This document shows, piece after piece, positions 26,062 through 39,430 of a stretch of DNA of 64,000 nucleotides. Each line of letters begins with the position of its first letter. The stretch's first letter is position 1. The position numbers were made by a program, and so were the translations under genes. Under the pieces are notes generated by a model, which worked only from the letters and a program-made list of their open reading frames with translations, made no database searches and was not told where the DNA came from. This stretch comes from Phyllosticta citribraziliensis (lineage: Eukaryota), in the NCBI RefSeq assembly GCF_038025025.1, contig NW_027117343.1, forward strand, positions 186,001-250,000, in the 5' to 3' direction.

Positions 26062-26582
26062 AACTTTGGGTGTCGACGTTGGAATCTCCGGGCTTGATGC
26101 AGTTTGGGCAAAATAAAAGCGGATTTTTTCAGGATTCACTGCCTAGTGAGTAGTCCAATTTGAAAGACGAGCTCAGAGCTGGAGCGAGGATTCAAGTCTC
26201 GAAAACTGGCTGTGCTGTTGGAAAGCCAGTTGAAGTGGCTCGCGCACGCAGCAGCAGCAGCACCGACAACGTGCACGGCGAGCAGTGAGGTGAATGGAAT
26301 GTCGCAAAGCATCCACACGCGACAGTTTGCGTCGATTGAGAGCGATGCAATGCGGAACTTGCAAGACGGCTTCCGGCCTGGGGAAGTCTCCAAGTCGTGG
26401 TGTTCTGTTGTCTCAGAAGTGGCTGGTTAGGTAGGTCGTTGGTCGCGTCTCCGGGCGCGTCCTCTTCTGGCAGCTTTACCTCCCACATCCTGGCCACAAC
26501 GTGCCGTTTCCTCTTCAACCTCCCAAAACAGCGTGCAAGTCACAGCTTATACCTGCGCCAACCAGCCCAGAGCATCTTCAAA

Positions 26583-27461
26583 ATGCCGGCCTCAGAAGGT
26601 GACCACCGCCTTCGCAAGTCCATCGCCAGGTGAGTCTCGCAACCAGCTAGCTTCCACTTCAAGGTATCGAGTTGACCCGCCTCAGCCTACTGGACTCTGG
26701 CCGTTTCGCAGATGCGAAGATCGAGTGCGACGGCCAGACATTCCACGTCCATAAGTCCGTCATCTGCACTCAGAGCGAGTACTTTTCCCGCGCGTTTGAT
26801 GAGAAAAACGGCTTCAAGGTAAGTTTTACTGCCTGTGTCGCCCCATTTTGTGCTTCCTGTACTCACTGATGACGCGTCGCAGGAGGCAAACACCAGCACC
26901 ATTCAGCTCCAAGAGATCGAAGCTTCCACCGTCCGCGCAATCATCGAATTCATGTACCATGGCGACTACAAAACTACTGCCGAGGACAACGATCTGCTGC
27001 TGAGCATCGACGTCTACGCCGCCGCTGAGATGTACCAGGTTGGAGGCTTGAAGGAAGCTGCTACGCGTCATTTCAAGGAAGTAGCTCCCAGCATGTTCGA
27101 TATCCCTACTTTCCCTGATGCCATTCATGCGATTTACCAGAGTACCATGGAGGAAGATCGTGGTCTACGCGACATCCTTGTCGATACAGCTGTTCCTCAG
27201 ATTCACGACCTTGTCAAAGCAACGAAATTCAATAATACCCTCGTCCAAAATGGAGAGTTCGGAAAGGATCTCGTTCACGCCATGAACATGAAGTTTGAGG
27301 ATGACGTCTTGGTGACGATCACTTGCCCTGGCCTTGGTTACCCGGGCTGCCTAGGCCAAGAGAATGTCAAAGGGGCGTTGCTTAGATCTGGAAAGCCGCT
27401 CCTCTGTAATTACTGCGGAAACGCTGCGCCATATTCCAGATGGTTCCGGGTCAACCACTGA
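26583..27461 (+). CDS. BTB/POZ protein with C-terminal zinc ribbon (locus 8), 3 exons
   Basis: MPASEGDHRLRKSIAS | LLDSGRFADAKIECDGQTFHVHKSVICTQSEYFSRAF..GFK | EANTSTIQL..CPGLGYPGC..CNYC..W. Closest to locus 2. Confidence 0.9.
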
Positions 27462-28351
27462 ATGATGTGTCCAGGACTCACGAGTCGCGAATCACAGAGC
27501 AGTCCGGGGTCAAGATGGTATGTGGGCACTGGAAACAGGAGCGGAAAGGAAGCACAACGACAAATGGATGGCTGTCAATGTTGGCGCAGGACTGACACCA
27601 ACTCCATGGATAGACTGGGTAGTGGGTACATGGCCCAAGTCAAAACAGGTACACATTGAGCATCTCCCAGAAGAGCTTCAGAACACTCCCGCGCGAGCAT
27701 ATCAAACTAGCAAGAAAGTTTTCCTTGCACGAGGCTTGAAGCAATGTCGCACTCCTGCATTCTCCGCGAGTCGATTTTCAACACTCCACAAGTCCTTCAG
27801 AAGCTAGACTGCTAACTTTCTTTTCCATTGACTCATCGCACCCACGTCTCCGCTCAATGCGCTCGACATCCGCTCACGGAATTGGAGCCCGCCCGTATTG
27901 TTCCGTGCCTGGGTTTGTGCATCAAGCTTTAACGGGAATGCCGTTGTGTCTAGGAAGCCCCTGCAAGCACGGCGGGAGGAAGCGAAACATGGCCGCATGC
28001 GCAGCTTTCTTGTCGTCAGCCTTTCTGCATATTCAAACCGCTTGTCTCTTATCATGCTTTTGAATGCGGCACAAGGTTTGCTTCCTCTTTCCGCACCTCT
28101 GATGGCTCTGCGGATTGAGTTATTTTTCGCGCAAGCTCGTTGACCGGAGTCGTTCATTGGGAAGTCGAAACCTTTTCAGGGATTGCCTCCATGCGCGGAT
28201 CCTGGTCGATTTGATCGACTTGGAAGCTGCCCAGCTAGAATCTCCAGTGCATGGAACCGCTTCTCGTCCTGATGCCAGCCAAAAAAGCAGCGAGGGGACG
28301 GACAGGCTGGCTCTCCACGCCAATCCACTTCTTGCGTCTTTCCACGGCAGG

Positions 28352-29239
28352 ATGTCCACGATGGACCACGATTCGAAAGCAGAGGAACCAATCCAGGCCC
28401 CTTTTCTCAGGTCAGCTGCGCCGAGACATGGTTTCATGAAGACCTTCCTTTCCTGCTGACGAGCTCCAGCCTCTTGGAATCAGGCCAGTTTTCCGACCTC
28501 AAAATACGATGCAAGGAAGACGAGTACAACGTACACAAGGCGATCGTTTGTCCACAGAGCGACTTTTTCGGCACGGCTCTGAATTCCGTAGGTGGATTCA
28601 AGGTTTGCAATCAGTGTCTTGCGTCGAGTATTCTCCTAACAGAAGACGAAGGAGTCGAAGACAAACGTCATCGAACTACACGAGGCGGATCCTGCCGTGG
28701 TGCGAGCCATCGTTCAATTCCTTTACCGGAGTGACTATCAGATGGATCCCGAATCCGATGAGAACCGTACGGTTTTCCATGTCAGCATGTACAGTGCGGC
28801 GGAAATGTACCAAATCGAAGGCCTGAAAAGCAAAGCCTTACGTCACTTCGAGTCCCGATTCTCAAAGTTTCCGGATACATCTGAGCCATTCGCCAAGATT
28901 GTTGAAATGGTCTACAGCTCTACTGTGGACCATGATCGAAGTCTCCGGGATCATGTCGCAAGACATGTGGCCCAGAGCTTTGATGAATTTCGCAAGAGCT
29001 CGGAGCTCTCTACGATTGCAGAAGATACTCCAGGTTTCGCGAGAGATCTATCCTATGCTTTGCACGATAATTATCTACAGCAGTTGAAAGTACTTGATAA
29101 GCTTGAAGGCTTGGAGATGACATGTCCGCACTGTAAAAGGAGCCAGTTCATGCCTATTCGGGATCTTTTGAACAACACTATGGAGTGGTGCGGGTCATGC
29201 CACAAGTATAAGTATGCGCAGGCTTGGACCCGTTACTAA
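28352..29239 (+). CDS. BTB/POZ protein with C-terminal zinc ribbon (locus 9), 3 exons
   Basis: MSTMDHDSKAEEPIQAPFLS | LLESGQFSDLKIRCKEDEYNVHKAIVCPQSDFF..GFK | ESKTNVIELHEADPAVVRAIVQFLY..CPHC..CGSC..W. The start could instead be 28361. Confidence 0.9.
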
Positions 29240-29796
29240 GTGGATCGTAAGCAGGTAACACTTGCTTTCCTCCATGATCTAAGAGGATATTTCATTCAAA
29301 ATGAGATTGTGGCATTCAGCCTGACGAATCCAACGTCCGGTCAAACGGAAAATATTGAAAACTCAAGCTTCCTATTGAAATGCCACACAGAGCTGTCTGG
29401 TGGTGTCGAGTACTACATCTATTGCCTATTGCCATCAAGAATCAGTCTCCACAAATACGTTTGTTGCTTTGCCGCCATTGGCAAGATCCGAGCTCCACTA
29501 ATTGCGACTTTTTTAAACGCTGGCGGCTTGAGCAGGGGGGCGAAGTGAAAAGGTTCTGGAGTTTATTTGCGGTTCTGGACAGTAGGTAGTCATTTTCCTG
29601 CGAACCGCGTGTCTGTCCATCCGTTTCCACAATTCTCAGTAAAGTTACTTTACCTTTCCCAGGGGGTCCTTGCTATTCTGTTCAGCTGCAAAGACCCAGT
29701 CCACATAACTAACTGCCCGTCTCGCACCGCTGGGCCGTCACTTCGACAGTCTTTTGCAAGGCCTTGTCAACTCGGACCCTGAAGATTGCAGCGACC

Positions 29797-30676
29797 ATGG
29801 GGCAACTAGAGGAAATACAAGCAATGAAAAGAGTCTCCTTCAACCAGTAAGCTCGATTGGAAACCTCATGCGCAAGGACCGCATCATGCGTGCTGACTTG
29901 ACTTGCCCAAGAATCTTGCAATCAGGCGAATTCTCCGACCTTGAGATACGTTGCAACGAAGACAGCTACAAGGTTCACAAAGCAATCGTCTTGCCATAAA
30001 GCGAGTTCTTCCGCGCAGCTTGTAAGGCTGAGCATGGCTTCAAGGTCGGACATTTTCCACCTTGCCCCCAGAGCAAAACTAATGAGTCGGCATCCAGGAG
30101 GCAACGTCTGGCGTTGTAGAGATGAATTAAGTAGACCGTCACGTTATGCGGGCCATTGTCCAACACCTATATGGAGATGATTACATCATGCCGGAACCCG
30201 AATCAGCCGAAGAGGCTGCGCTATTTCATGTCAACGTGTATGGCGCAGCTGAAATGTATCAGATCAACGGAATGAAGGAAGTTGCACTCGTACACTTCAA
30301 AAGATATTTCTCCGAGGCAATTACATGCAAGAAATTCGCCAGAGGCATCGCCGTGGCGTACAGCGTTACCGTGGAGCAAGACAGAGCCCTAAGAGACTTC
30401 ATTGTCGAACAGGCTGTCCAAAATATCGACACTTTAACGGAAACCGCACAGCTCGACACAGCACTGGACGAGACACCACCCTTTGGAAAAGAACTAGTTC
30501 ATGCGGTACACGTGTGCCATGTGACCTAACTAAAGAAAGTTGATCAGCTCCTATATATCGTCATGCAATATCCCCATTATAAGAAGGGCGTGCGTAAAGT
30601 TAAACTTAAGAGCCTGGTAGGTGATGACCTTTATAAATGCAACTCATATTGCTAGATAAGTATATTATAAATATAG
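29797..30676 (+). pseudogene. BTB/POZ gene inactivated by RIP-type mutations (locus 10)
   Basis: Family exon structure is intact, but there are TAA stops at 29997 (conserved Gln of xQS), 30128 and 30527. The zinc ribbon reads YPHY..CNSY where locus 9 has CPHC..CGSC. Confidence 0.9.
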
Positions 30677-31395
30677 AGCTAATATCACTAGACTCTATAT
30701 AGGGAGTTGGCACCTTATACTAGAAGTAGAAGGAAAGGCTTATATATACTAGAAGGCTTATATATTATCTCCTATATTTATTTTAATTTAATTAATAGAA
30801 CTAATATATATAGCATTTCTTAGTATCTTTATATACGTTTTTAAGGCAAGTAGTCAATCTTATAGCTATATATAAGGTATAAGTGCTGTCTAGTAAGATA
30901 GAAGAGTAGATAGGCACTGCTATTTTATTCTTAAAGCACGACTTTTAGGTATATTTATACTAAAGAGACCTTAAGGTAAAGATTTATTAAAGAAAATTAT
31001 ACTACCTAGTACTATAGCTGTATTTAGGGAGGATTTTTTACTACTATATTTACCCCTTTTCTATAGTTATACCTTAGGAGCTATTCTTTACTACCCTAAC
31101 TATACTTAGCTTATACTACTTTTAGACGTATAGCGTGCTAATTTAGGCCTAGAGCTAGTAACTATAAGGTATAAATATTTACCTATACTTGCTTATATTT
31201 CCTAATTAGGCAGTATATTATTACTTTATACTATTATATTATCTAGATTTCTTACCCTATACTAAATAATCCTCTTCTATAAAATTACAGTCTCTCTACT
31301 ATATTTATATTAGAAGTCTGCTTATAAATTACCTTAACTAGGCGGGTATAAGATGGCACCTCTATAGCTATTAGGCAGTATAAGGCATAGCTCTC

Positions 31396-31662
31396 TATTA
31401 GTAGTCCTATATAATAATACTAAGTAGTCTCCTATTATATTATCTTAGCTATAGTTTACCTAGATAACTATAGCTTATCTAGATAATAACTTGCTACTTT
31501 AGTTAAGATATACTTATCTATTAGCTTTATATATCTTAATAAGTTTAGGACTTATTAGTAGTTAGTACTAGCTACTACTTCCCCTAGTAGTTTTAGTAGT
31601 ATATAGATAGCTCTTAGAGTAGCCTTAAATAGAGTCTTTAGTTCTCTTATCTTACTTTATTA
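31396..31662 (+). repeat. 5' LTR of copia copy B
   Basis: 267-bp direct repeat followed by the GGTTATAAGCCC PBS-like site. Confidence 0.95.
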
Positions 31663-34600
31663 GGTTATAAGCCCTTATATTATATATATAAATTACTTAT
31701 CTAGCTTATTTTAGTATTATACTATAATACTATCTATATAATTATTACTAATAGTTATTTTATTATTTTATTATTTTATCTCTTATTATCTTATATAATT
31801 CCTACTCTTTAGTAAATTTATTAGTATTATCTATCTCTATAACTCTAAGTAATATACTAATAGTTATTATTTTTACTATAACTTTACCTTCCCTTCCTCC
31901 CTTATTATCTAGTAGTTTAGGCTTTACTGCTGCCTTATCTTCTATACTAGCTAAGTAGGCTAAGGCTAAAGAAGAGGTAGACCTAATTATAAATAATAGT
32001 AAGTTTAGTATCTCTTTAAAGAATATCTAGCTACTTAAAGGCCCTACTAACTAGGTAACCTTTAAGATAATAGTTAAGATAAGGCTTAGTCTATTCTATT
32101 ATACCTATCTACTTAAGGATAAGCTAAAAAATACTACTAATTATAAGAAGGATATATATATTATCTACTAGTTTATAATAATTATTATGCTTCCTATTAT
32201 AATAGTACTATAGGGGTATACTAGTTTAGCTTACTCTATATAGTAGAAGCTTTATAATATATATAATACTAAGGGTATCTTCTTTAAGGCTAATATTATT
32301 AAGGACTTTATCTTCTATTAATATAGTAATTTTATAATAGTAAAGGAATTCTATAATACTCTATATAAATAAAGGTAAGCCTATATTAGCTATATCTAAT
32401 AGTAAGTTAAGGACTAGATTCTCTATATTCTACTCTTAGAAAACTTATAGGATAATATTCCTATCTAGTATATAACTTAGTATATAAATTAGTATAATAA
32501 GAAGAAGATACCTAAGTTTAAGGATCTCTTCTATACTATAACTAATAAGATTAAATATACTAGTAAGAATAGTATTATAGCTCTTACTATTTATACTAGT
32601 TAGTAGTCTACTAAGTAGTCTAAGTCTAACTGTACTACCTATAATTACTATAGAAAGAAGGGGTATATTAAGGCTAAGTATAGCTATCTTTACCTTAAAT
32701 ACTATCCTACCTATTAGAAGCTAGTATTAGGGGTATTCTATATACTAGATAATTAAGTCTCTAAACTACTAATAGTAGTAATAGTAATAATAATATTAAT
32801 AACTAACCCTCTAGTATAAGGTATAAACTACTTTACTACCCTACACCTATATCTAGCTTTAATAAAGGATGAATAGATTGTTAATACTAGGGCTAATACC
32901 TACTATATACTAAATTTAACTAAGCTAATAAACTACTTATAGTTTATATAGCTAGTCTAGGTATGTAGTTTAGGTATAGTAATAGCTATTAGCTATAGTA
33001 ATACTATACTCTACTATTCTATAAATAGTATAGTTAATACTCTTATAATAGAGGGTATTCTATATATTTTAGTACTAATAGTTAGTCTTATCTTAGCTTT
33101 AAAACTTAAGTAGAAGGGACTATACCTAGATTAGCTTACCTCTATATTATAAATATAAAACTATAGAATAGCTATTATAGCTTGCCCTAATAGTTTAGGG
33201 GTAAATATTCTAATAGTTATTAATAATAATTATATAGTATAAGTATTTACTATAGTAACTCCTCCTATAGTAATATATAAGATATAGTACTAGTAATTAG
33301 GGTATATCTATACTGGTATACTTAATAAGCTCTAGTACTAGGGATAACTTATTATTACTAGTAACTAAGACTTCTATTATAAATCCTACTATATAGCTAA
33401 GTCCTACTAGATAGTATTATATAAACTAATACCTTAAGTAGATGCACCCTTTAGATACATCTATATTAATATATTTAGACTACTTATAGTTAGCTATAAT
33501 AGCTGCTATTAGGGAGTAGTATTTATAGATAACTACTTATATCTATAATACTTATTAGTTATAAAGACTAAGGGCGACGCCTTTAATAGTATTTAAAACT
33601 TTAGTAAATAGACTAAAACCTAGTTCTAATATAAGATCTAAGCCCTCTAAATAGATAATAGTATAGAGTTTAGTGGCTAAAAGCTACTAGTATAGGTAAA
33701 GATAGAGGGTATTAAGGTTAAAAAGATAGTACTATACTTACCTAAGTAAAATAGTATTAGTAAGTTATCTATATACCTTATTACTAGTATAGCCTACTCT
33801 ATAAGTATTGTGTTAAATATACCTTAATTATTATAGATAGAAGCCTATTAATATATAGTATATCTTCTTAACTATCTTCCTACTTATATACTTAATAGTA
33901 AGATACTAGTTAATATTTTTAATAATACTATTAGTAGGTATAAGGATATCTAGTTACTAGTACTAGTCTTTAGTATTACTATATATACTTATATCCTAGC
34001 TAAGAAGCGTCTTAAGAGCGCTAAATTTAATATAAGAGTAGAGAAAGGATAGTTTATTAGCTATAACTATAAGTATATCTTCTAGGTATATCTCCCTTAA
34101 ATAAACTAGGTTATCTATACTTAGGATGTATATTTTAGACCTCCTTAGTAGCTAGACTTAATAGCTACTATAAATAATATAGAAGATAGAAAAGTTAAGA
34201 ATAGTAATAATAAGATACTTATTATATATCTTATATTAAAAACAGTTTAAGATACTCTTAAAGGCAATACTAAAGTAATCTATAATATAGTAGAATAAGT
34301 AATTAAAGTAGTAGAGAGGTCTAATATAGGTAGTATAAATATTAGTAGTAGAGGTAAGGAGGATATATTTATAGATATTATACTATTAGTAGATAAAATA
34401 GATTAGATTAATATCTCTCTAGCTAATAAATATACTAGATCTAATAATTTAGTACTTACTAATCTAACTTTAACCCTACTACTACCCTTACTATCTCTAT
34501 TACCTATACCTACTCTACTACTAATAGTACTATTATAATACCCTTAGTAGATTTATACTAAGATATAATTCTTTAATAAGAAATATAGTTTAGATAATAC

Positions 34601-36317
34601 TTAACCTCCTTAACTATCTACTTACTATATATATACCTTTACTACTATAGAAAATACTACTTATTACTAATAAGACACCATCCCTACTAATAAGGTTCTA
34701 CCTTACTTATAGTATAAGGCCCTTATAGGGCTAAAATCTATCTATTAGAGACCCTTTATAGATAAGTAGATATAGGAGTTAACTAATACTAGTACCTTTA
34801 AAGAGACTAACTACTTATTAGATAGCTCTTAAGTACTACTACTATAATAGGTCTAGGTCTATAAGCTTAATAAGCTAGGTAAGAAGGTTATCTATAAGAG
34901 CTATATTATAGTTTTAGGTAATCTTTAATATAAGGGATTTAATATATCTAAAGTATTATTACTAGTTATTATATTTCCTACTTTTATACTATTTTTAGTA
35001 ATTAACATCTATTATTACCTATTTTATAAGTAAGGGGATATTAAGATAGCCTTCCTTAATATACTACTAAAAGACCTAGTCTATACCTATATACCTCCTA
35101 GATACCAGGTCCTATAATAAGTTTAGCATCTCTAAAGAGCCTTATATAGCTTATACTAGTTACTACTTACTTAGTTTTAGTACCTCTATAATTTCTTATA
35201 CTACCTAGGTTTCTACTCTCTCCCTTTAGAACCCTATATTATAAGATACTAGGATAAGCTTATATTTATCCTTATCTATATTAATAATCTCTATATTACT
35301 ACTAAAACTAAGTCTAAAGTTAATAAAATTATCTTACTACTTAATACTAAGTTCTACTTTAAAGATATAGGCTAACTATATTACTTCCTTAGTCTTTATA
35401 TTAATTAATATATAAATAGTATAATTATACTATTCTAAGGTAGATATATTTAAAATATTCTTATATAGTTTAGTATAAGTAATGCTGCATGTATCCTTAT
35501 ACTAATAGATTTCTATAAATTATATATATATAATAGTAAGAATAACCTAGACTATTAATAGCTTTATAGTAAGATTATTAGCTTACTTATATAGTATATA
35601 ATAAGATACTACCTAGCTATTCTTTTCCCTACTACTTATCTCTTATAATACACCTATAACCTATTAAATAAATACCTTACTACTGCTTACTAAGTCCTTT
35701 AATACTTATAGGGTATATATAATTATAGAATTATTCTATACCCTAGTAATAATAGCACTCTTAGCTTATAAATCTATATAGATGCTACTTTTACTAATAA
35801 TCTAGATACTTATTAGTCCTTATTAGGCTATATTATTATAGCTTTAGGCGGCTTACTATATATAAAGAGTAGGAGATAGAAGCTTATTAGTATATCTATA
35901 ATAGAAGCTAAGTTTATTAACCTTACTCCTACTATTAAATAAGCTATCTAGATAACTTAAGTTCTTACTAAAATAGGTTATAAGGGCCTTAATACTTAAC
36001 TAATCTAGCTCTATAATAATAATAAAAATGCCATCTAATTTACTAATAGTATAGAGTTTAATGCTACTATAAAATATATTAATCTGTACTACTAGTATAT
36101 TAAGTAGGTAGTTATAGATAGAACTATAACTATCTCTTATATCTCTACTAATAAGATGATTGCAGATGGGCTTATTAAAGTATTAGTAATAGTTAAGTAC
36201 TACTACTTTTATAACCTTATTAGGTATAGACTAATATAGTAAGTTTTCTATTTAGTTAATATAACTACTTATATATTTACTCTACTATAACTATCTCTTT
36301 TCTTATCCTAGGGGGTG

Positions 36318-36584
36318 TATTAGTAGTCCTATATAATAATACTAAGTAGTCTCCTATTATATTATCTTAGCTGTAGTTTGCCTGGATAACTGTAGCTTAT
36401 CTAGATAATGACTTGCTGCTTTAGTTAAGATATGCTTATCTATTAGCTTTGTGCGTCTTAATGAGTTTAGGACTTATTAGTAGTTGGTACTGGCTACTGC
36501 TCCCCCTGGCGGTTTTAGCAGTATATAGATAGCTCTTAGAGTAGCCTTGAATGGAGTCTTTAGTTCTCTCATCTTACTTCGTCA
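36318..36584 (+). repeat. 3' LTR of copia copy B (distal part only lightly RIPed)
   Basis: 267-bp direct repeat ending TTCGTCA. Retains TG/CG dinucleotides that are lost in the other LTR copies. Confidence 0.95.
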
Positions 36585-38317
36585 CTCTCTTGCTAGGTTC
36601 GTCAGGGCAAGGAACTCTTTGTGGCCATGCTGACCTTTTCAAGCGTACTGGAGTCTGGAGAGTACTCCGATCTTGAAATTCGCTGCAGTGACGACAAGTA
36701 CAAGGTCCACAAGGCCATTGTCTGCTCACAAAGCGAGTTCTTCCGCCTAGCGATCAAGCCTGAAACCGGCTTCAAGGTTGGTTACATCCCCACAACCGCC
36801 AAGCTCAATAAATCTAACAATGATTCCGCGCAGGAGGCCACTTCCAACGTCATCACCTTGCATGAGACAGATCCTGCCGTCGTTCGAGCCGTCATCCAGT
36901 ACTTGTACAGCGGCAGCTACGAATCAGCCGTCGATATTGAAGGCGCATTCGAAGTGCTGATGCGTCACGCCCATACGTACGCAGCCGGCGAAATGTATCA
37001 AATCCCTGGCCTTAAACGCGCCGTTTGCAAGAAGGTCGAACAGCTTTTTCCTCGCGTCCTGAGAGCGAAGAGCCTTGCCATCGACCAATTCTCAGGATTC
37101 ATCAGCGCGGTTTACGGCACCACAGTTGATACCGACATAGACCTCCGCGAGGTTGTTTTCAATCACATAGCTTACAACATGAAGCAGGTCTTTGGACCAG
37201 GCTTTACCAAAGCTGTGGAAGAGAACCCAAGGTTCGGAGTCGACATGGTTTGGCTGCTGTTTTATGATAGACGGCCGGAGATTCGCGCACTCGAAGACAA
37301 CCTGCCGACTATCAGCTATCGTTGTACGGCTTGCGCCGACGTGAATGACGTGGAATATGGAAAGGTCCTGCAGGATGGCGAATTGCGATGCAGTACCTGC
37401 GACGCCCCACGAGATATGCTTGTCTGGCGTCCCATCTGCCTCTAATAGAAGGCCTTCCAAAACGCAATCCTTCAAGGCTTGCTCCGCAAAAGGACTGGAA
37501 CCTACGATGTCAGTAGAAGTGATTCAGGTTCGACACCATTTCTCCAGAAAGTACTGGCTTTGACCATGTACACCCAAGTACAGTGCTTACAGATTTGTCA
37601 CAGACCTCATTACCGGACGTGGATGTTTCAACTTGCAGTTCAGCAACGCTGCTGGCTAAACTGTTGTGATGGCCGGCCAACTCAGGACAAGGGCTGTGCA
37701 TCGGGCAGGGTTCAGCACGGAAGGACGGGAGATGTCCAGAAACACATCGCAAGGGAACAGTTGGATGGCTCCCAAAAAGGAGTGAAACTTGCATTCAAGA
37801 GAGCTAGATATCATGAAGAAACAGTGAAGACTTGGGCGCAGATCATGCAGTGGTGATATGACTTGACCAGCGAAGACCAGGCTGTTTGGCCGCAATTCTC
37901 ATTCCGACACAACGCCGCTTCGTCGACTGTGGTCCACCTACATGACGCCCTTCGTTTCTGAGGCGCAAGAAACCGCCCCAAGCTTTTGGTAGTAGGATTC
38001 GAGGCTTTTGAGCACTCTGGTTTTCGAAGATCGCCACCCTGCCTACAATGTCCTTGTGAAAAAGCCAAACAACCCAGTACCTCGGCTGATCTGTTGATAA
38101 GACAAGGAGAATCTGCGCTTTTCGTCGAGTCGGACTTTCCTTGCACGTCTCGTAAAGCACGCGACATCGTGCCTGCATCCCTTCCTGACTCCAGAACGAG
38201 CCACCTCAGTCTTCATTGACAGCCAAGGCCCGCGTTTTATTCAACAGTCACCACAAAGAATCTATCAGCTTACCCATTGAAGCCACGGCAACATTCATTT
38301 AGCATCTCAGACCAGCC

Positions 38318-39119
38318 ATGACGCCTCCACCACTTGATCTCGTAATCGCCGCGCAGCAAAAGTTCCGCCGGTGAGCAGCGCCCCCACCGCATCCTCCACC
38401 CGCAGCTGACCAGAGCCAGTCTTTTGAGTCAGGGAATTGGTATGAATCTCGAGCTGAGGGTCGGGACTGGGAGGGCCACCGAGAGCGTGAAAATCCACAA
38501 GGAGCTTCTATTTCTGCAATGTCCCATCTTCAAATCGATCCTCCAATGGCGGAAAGAAAGCAACGTGCGCGCCAGTCTTTCGCGCTCGCCGCAACCGTGT
38601 CAGGGCTACTGCTGATCGAGACTGCAGAGAGATACCAAACTGCTCCACTTCGTCGAAGATCACCCGCTCATCATCAAAGCCCTGGTCAGCTATCTCTACG
38701 AAGGGAGGTACGACCCGCCGGCGCCAGACGCGACAGACTCGCCCCTCCTCTTCCACCTGGACCTCTCCGATGCGGCGGAGTTGTGGGGCTTGATCCGGCT
38801 CAAGTGCGTCGCTGATGAGTGCTTCATGAAAATACTCTTGGATGGCCCGAATGATTTTGGGTCCCTCAATGCCAAACTCTACGCGGCGCACATTTCGGCG
38901 AGGGAAAACCACGATCTCTATCGCCGAGTGGGGAAATGGATGGGTAACGAGCAGGTCAAGGAACTTGTGGACAACAAGGATTTCAGAGGGTTGCGCGAGA
39001 GAATGTGGGCAAATCTTGCTGTGCCAGTGCGCAAGGCGCTGCAGCAGGAAAGAGTCATTGTCTACCGGAGCTGTTTTTCCGTCAAAGCGAGTAGGCGAAC
39101 AGGCGGTCACTATTACTGA
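38318..39119 (+). CDS. Divergent BTB/POZ protein without zinc ribbon (locus 12), 3 exons
   Basis: MTPPPLDLVIAAQQKFRR | LLSQGIGMNLELRVG..VKIHKELLFLQCPIF..ESN | RDTKLLHFVEDHPLIIKALVSYLYEGRY..LLFHLDLSDAAELWGLIRLK. Introns lie at family-equivalent positions. Confidence 0.8.
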
Positions 39120-39430
39120 AAATCAATCGTTAGCGCAATCAAGAAAATCTGTGGATGGAAGGACTTTTGATTCTCTGCCTCCCTGATGTCTTTGCTACAG
39201 AGAATCCGGACCTCATTGTTATCCACGCGCCCGGTATACCCAGACGCCATACCCACAATAGAACCACGGAGAAAGCAAGACAGAAGCGATGAACAGGGCA
39301 GGTGCCAGCACCACCTCCTCAAACACCCATGTCCAAAGAAACAACAAATTTGGAGTTTCGCTTGCGGTAGTGACAGTCCGGTGCATCGTCGCCTTTTCAA
39401 GATGCAGGTCGAGGGAGCAGCATATTCGTC

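Larger units (their letters stand above)
31396..36584 (+). mobile_element. Full-length Ty1/copia LTR retrotransposon, RIP-inactivated (copy B, 5189 bp)
   Basis: Same length and orientation as copy A and collinear with it. LTRs at 31396-31662 and 36318-36584; TSD CTCTC at 31391-31395 and 36585-36589. Residual ATGATTGCAGATGGG (MIADG, RNase H end) near 36156. Confidence 0.95.
31353..37445 (+). pseudogene. BTB/POZ gene split in exon 1 by copia copy B (locus 11); downstream exons intact
   Basis: Removing the element and one CTCTC restores a 50-nt phase-2 exon 1 (ATG 31353..31395 + 36590-36596). Then intron 36597-36643, VLESGEYSDLEIRC..GFK, intron 36777-36833, exon 3 ending CTAC..CSTC..W. Confidence 0.8.

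Noticed and set aside
37479..37930. Cys-containing frame (WLNCCDG..GC) downstream of locus 11
   Set aside because: Short, interrupted by a stop, with no start or recognisable domain.
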